Shown: in pieces, positions 16,074-19,297 of the stretch
Layout: each line of letters begins with the position of its first letter
Numbering within the stretch: position 1 is the first letter of the stretch
NCBI GenBank assembly: GCA_030754595.1
Contig: JASLZZ010000014.1
Span: 1-19,297, forward strand
Length of the DNA: 19,297 nt
DNA from: Nitrospinota bacterium
GTDB lineage: Bacteria; UBA8248
Reading direction: 5' to 3'
Program-made: the position numbers and the translations under genes
Notes under the pieces: model-generated
Told to the model about the DNA's origin: nothing
Seen by the model: the letters and a program-made list of their open reading frames with translations, nothing else
Databases searched by the model: none

Positions 16074-17536
16074 TTGCCGCATCATTCCGGTTTACCCATA
16101 AACACACTCAGCCTATGGAGAAACAGGGCCATTTCCCATGAACCGGTTAATCTGAAGAATAAAGGCGTTTATAAGGCCGTATGGTCAGCGCGGCAGTGCG
16201 AACGCTCGCCCATTGAAGTTTTCCACATTTTCTCGAATCTAGGGGAACGCCCCGCATTTTTTTTTCTGGCGGAGTCTCCGAGGAACGCCACAGTCTGATC
16301 GCGCTCTCCCCCGAGCCCGCTCTTCACGTTCACCCCGATACCCTCGAAGATCCATTCACGCTGCTGCGTGACGTTCTCAATCGCGGGAGCTGGTGCGGTT
16401 CGGACAAACCGCCGATACCCTTCATCGGTGGTTGGGTGGGATACCTGTCGTACGACCTGGCCCATTGGATCGAGCGCTTGGACACCTCGTCCCGCGTCGA
16501 TCACGGCTTCCCCCTCATGGAATTCGCGTTTTGCCGCCGCATTCTCGCTTACGACCATTCCCAGAGTGTGTGGACCGCAATCGAGCTTTTGAACGAAGAC
16601 GCTCCATCTGGAAACACGGCCCGAGAATTGGAAAATCAGTTAAATATGGTCGCCGGGGCCCCGAATCCCAAGAGCGGCCGCCTGCCCGCGTTATCGGGCG
16701 ATCTTCAGAGCAATTTCTCCCGGGAGAGTTACGAAAAAGCTGTCCGAAAAATTCTGGGACACATCGCGAGCGGGGATGTTTACCAGGTAAATCTATCGCA
16801 GCGCTTCGAGGGGATGCTTCGAATTCCTCCAGAGGAGTTGGCCCTCCGCCTGTTGGATTTAAATCCCGAGCCTTTTAGCGCTTTTCTATCTTTCGGCGAG
16901 CGGGCAATCGTTTCCTCGAGTCCGGAAAGGTTTCTCCGGGTGCACGATCGCGCGGTGGAAGCGTGGCCCATAAAAGGCACACGCCCCCGGGGAAAGACAC
17001 CTGAGGAAGACAAGCGTTTTCTCGAGGAATTGCTCGCCTCGGATAAAGATCGCGCGGAACTCGTCATGATCACCGATTTGATCCGCAGCGATCTCGGGCG
17101 CGTTAGCGCCACCGGCTCGATACGCGTTCCCGAGCTACGGACGGCTGTGTCTCACAGCAACGTCCACCATACCCTCAGCCGGGTGACGGGAAGGCTTCGC
17201 GCCGAGGTGGATTTGGCCGATTTGCTCCGGGCCACCTTTCCGGGCGGAAGCGTTACGGGCGCCCCGAAGATTAAGGCGATGAAAATTATCGAAACACTTG
17301 AGCCCACGGCCAGAGGTCCCTACTGTGGGGCGATAGGCTATATCGGCGTGGACGGCGCGATGGATTTGAATATCGCCATCCGGACGGTTCTGTGCGAGGG
17401 CGGACGCATGACGTTCCAGGTTGGCGGGGGCATCGTGGCCGAAAGCAGCCCGCCCGACGAATTCGAGGAAACACATCAAAAGGCAAAGGGCATCCTGAAG
17501 GCCCTGGGTTCAAACATGGATGAATTCTTCAAATGA
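16074..17536 (+). pseudogene. pabB: Aminodeoxychorismate synthase component I, frameshifted at a T9 tract near the 5' end (true start uncertain)
   Basis: PFIGGWVGYLSYD, GDVYQVNL, SSPERFL, PIKGT (the Lys distinguishes PabB from TrpE PIAGT), FPGGSVTGAPK, GGGIVAES. The main frame is open from 16217 but has no ATG/GTG/TTG before 16436; the N-terminal segment (SPIEVF...PAFF) lies in another frame. Confidence 0.8.
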
Positions 17537-18417
17537 ACAAAGAGATCGCCTCGTTTGTGATTCTAAATGGAGATGTCGTCCCGGCGAACGAGGCGTCGCT
17601 TCCGGTTGACGACCGGGGATTTCTTTACGGCGAATCGGTTTTTACCACGATTCGATGCTACGGGGGCGTTCCCTTTCGGGTGAATCGACACTTCGATCGT
17701 CTAAACGCCTCGTTGACTTCACCCGTGATGGAAATCGACCATAAGCTTGACCCCGCGAAACTCGAAACCGATATCAGGCAACTCCTCGAGTTGAATAAAT
17801 GCCCCGATGCCGCGGCGCGCTTCACCATCACCCGGGGTTGCGCCCCGGGGCCGCTGCCGCCCCGAGAACTCGCCCCGACGGCCCTTCTGAGCGTCCGCCC
17901 CTATGTTCCCGATACATCCCTCCCGGGCCGGGGAGCTTCTTTATGCATATCCACCGTTCGCCGGGACCCCGCGGGGGAACTGGGAAAACACAAACTGGGC
18001 AGCTACTACCCCTCCATCCTGGCCAGACGGCAGGCATTCGCCAAAGGGCATGACGAAGCGGTGATTTGCGACACGGACGGCAACTTTCTCGAATGCGCCT
18101 GTTCGAATCTATTCGCGGTGCGCGACGGAATTCTCCTGACGCCCGATGTGAGGGAGAACATTTTGCCCGGCATCGCCCGCGAAGCGGTGCTGGAATGCGC
18201 CGCAGCCATCGGATTGAAAACATCCTTCGAGACGCTGACACCCGAAATCCGTACAAATGCGAAAGAATGGTTCATCACCAACTCACTGCTGGAGATTGTT
18301 CCGGTCGCCCGCCTGGCGGAAAACATATTTCCCGTTCCGGGACCCGCGACAGGCCGTCTGCTCAACGCATACAAGGACCTGGTGACTTCCGAAACGCTCA
18401 TCGCGAAAGGAGGATGA
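17533..18417 (+). CDS. pabC: PLP-dependent fold-type IV enzyme, probable 4-amino-4-deoxychorismate lyase
   Basis: DRGFLYGESVFTT, catalytic Lys in HKLGSY, E...SNLF, ILPGIAR, FITNS; ATGA overlap with pabB. The family is firm; the specific function rests on context. Confidence 0.7.
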   Translation: MNKEIASFVILNGDVVPANEASLPVDDRGFLYGESVFTTIRCYGGVPFRVNRHFDRLNASLTSPVMEIDHKLDPAKLETDIRQLLELNKCPDAAARFTITRGCAPGPLPPRELAPTALLSVRPYVPDTSLPGRGASLCISTVRRDPAGELGKHKLGSYYPSILARRQAFAKGHDEAVICDTDGNFLECACSNLFAVRDGILLTPDVRENILPGIAREAVLECAAAIGLKTSFETLTPEIRTNAKEWFITNSLLEIVPVARLAENIFPVPGPATGRLLNAYKDLVTSETLIAKGG

Positions 18418-18662
18418 ATCAATCCGCTCCAATCTCCCCGGCCGCCTCATCGCTTTGAATCCCCTGTAACAGATTGCGCTAATTGAACTGCACGATTTTC
18501 CCTGGAAGCTCCCCAAAAACCCACAACACAATTTTTATTATTTCCGTTATTTCATGTGTTGGTTATTACGAAACCATTACTTCAGCCTTACGCTGGCATA
18601 ACAATCCGGATTCGGAGAAAACGTAGTTTGGGGGCGAGCATTTTTGCGGGGACGGGACCGGT

Positions 18663-19289
18663 TCATTGAGCCGGCACCCGGGTCTTCCGGTTCATTGGTC
18701 TTTTCCGGTCTACATGGAGATTTCGGATATGGGTTTGAGAGCCGAGCAGCGCCGGCATTCCCGGATGGAGGTTCCCATTCAAATTGATTTGCCGCGCCTC
18801 GCCCGGCCGCCGGCTCTCCACGTGCCGCTCCCTGAAGCAGGGGTTGGCCTTTTCAATCGCCGCCGCCTGGGCGGGGGTGAGCTTCACCTTCTCCCTCGAG
18901 GCCCGCTCCTCGAGCTTGAGCAGCCGCTCGTAGCGCGAGCCCAGCCCCCGTTTGATGAGAATCTTCTGAATGACAGGGCTCGATACAGAAACCCCCGCGA
19001 ACTTGAGTTGCTGGCTCAGCCGCGTGCAGCCCCGCATCGGGTTCTCCGACGAGAGCGCGAGAATCTTCTCCACCGTCTCGGGAGGCGTCGTCATGGGATG
19101 GGACTTGTGCACCGGGGGCAAATCCCTGAGGCCCTCCAGACCGTGCGTCTGGAAACGCCGTTTGTACTCGTAGAACTGGGTGCGGCTCATGCCTCGCCTT
19201 CGGCAGGCCTCGGACACGTTCCCCAAAGCTTCGGCCAATTGCAAGGCACTCAGGCGCCCTCGAACCACCTTCTTCTCGGCAACGGTCAT
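18663..19289 (-). mobile_element. Truncated IS481-family transposase (HTH part only)
   Basis: LAEALGNVSEACRRRGMSRTQFYEYKRRFQTHGLEGL...RERHVESRRPGE. Similarity stops near 18798, just before the expected DDE integrase core. Confidence 0.8.
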
Positions 19290-19297
19290 ACTCGCTT

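Noticed and set aside
16436..17536. Anthranilate synthase TrpE
   Set aside because: The PIKGT motif and coupling to a fold-type IV PLP enzyme favour PabB.
18830..18850. ANPC in the transposase as part of the NPC system
   Set aside because: It is a single occurrence within ordinary IS481-type sequence and is most likely coincidental.

Overview
GC-rich bacterial window. It holds an LLM-class flavin oxidoreductase, an AHL-lactonase-type metallo-hydrolase, a complete group 1 mrpABCDEFG Na+/H+ antiporter operon, an alpha/beta hydrolase, a split degenerate-REC/GGDEF diguanylate cyclase and a cyclase-family hydrolase. At the right end are a VOC protein, pabB (frameshifted), a pabC-like gene and a truncated IS481-family transposase. 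The most unusual region is a co-oriented cluster of five genes at 11297-15070. It encodes a 4-His cytochrome b561-like membrane protein, a secreted protein bracketed by 16 Cys in Asn-Pro-Cys (NPC) repeats, a SoxA/TsdA-like His/Cys-type cytochrome c with a tail of 10 more NPC units, a diheme cytochrome c, and an FGE/NirV-like protein. This is a candidate periplasmic poly-cysteine redox, sulfur-carrier or metal-handling system. Downstream is a candidate ~75-nt sRNA with a sigma70-like promoter, two palindromes, an anti-SD loop and an intrinsic terminator. Several genes carry small lesions (three in-frame stops, an ATA start, a T9 frameshift), which may reflect recent decay, recoding or assembly error. 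All family assignments come from motif recognition only; no searches were run.
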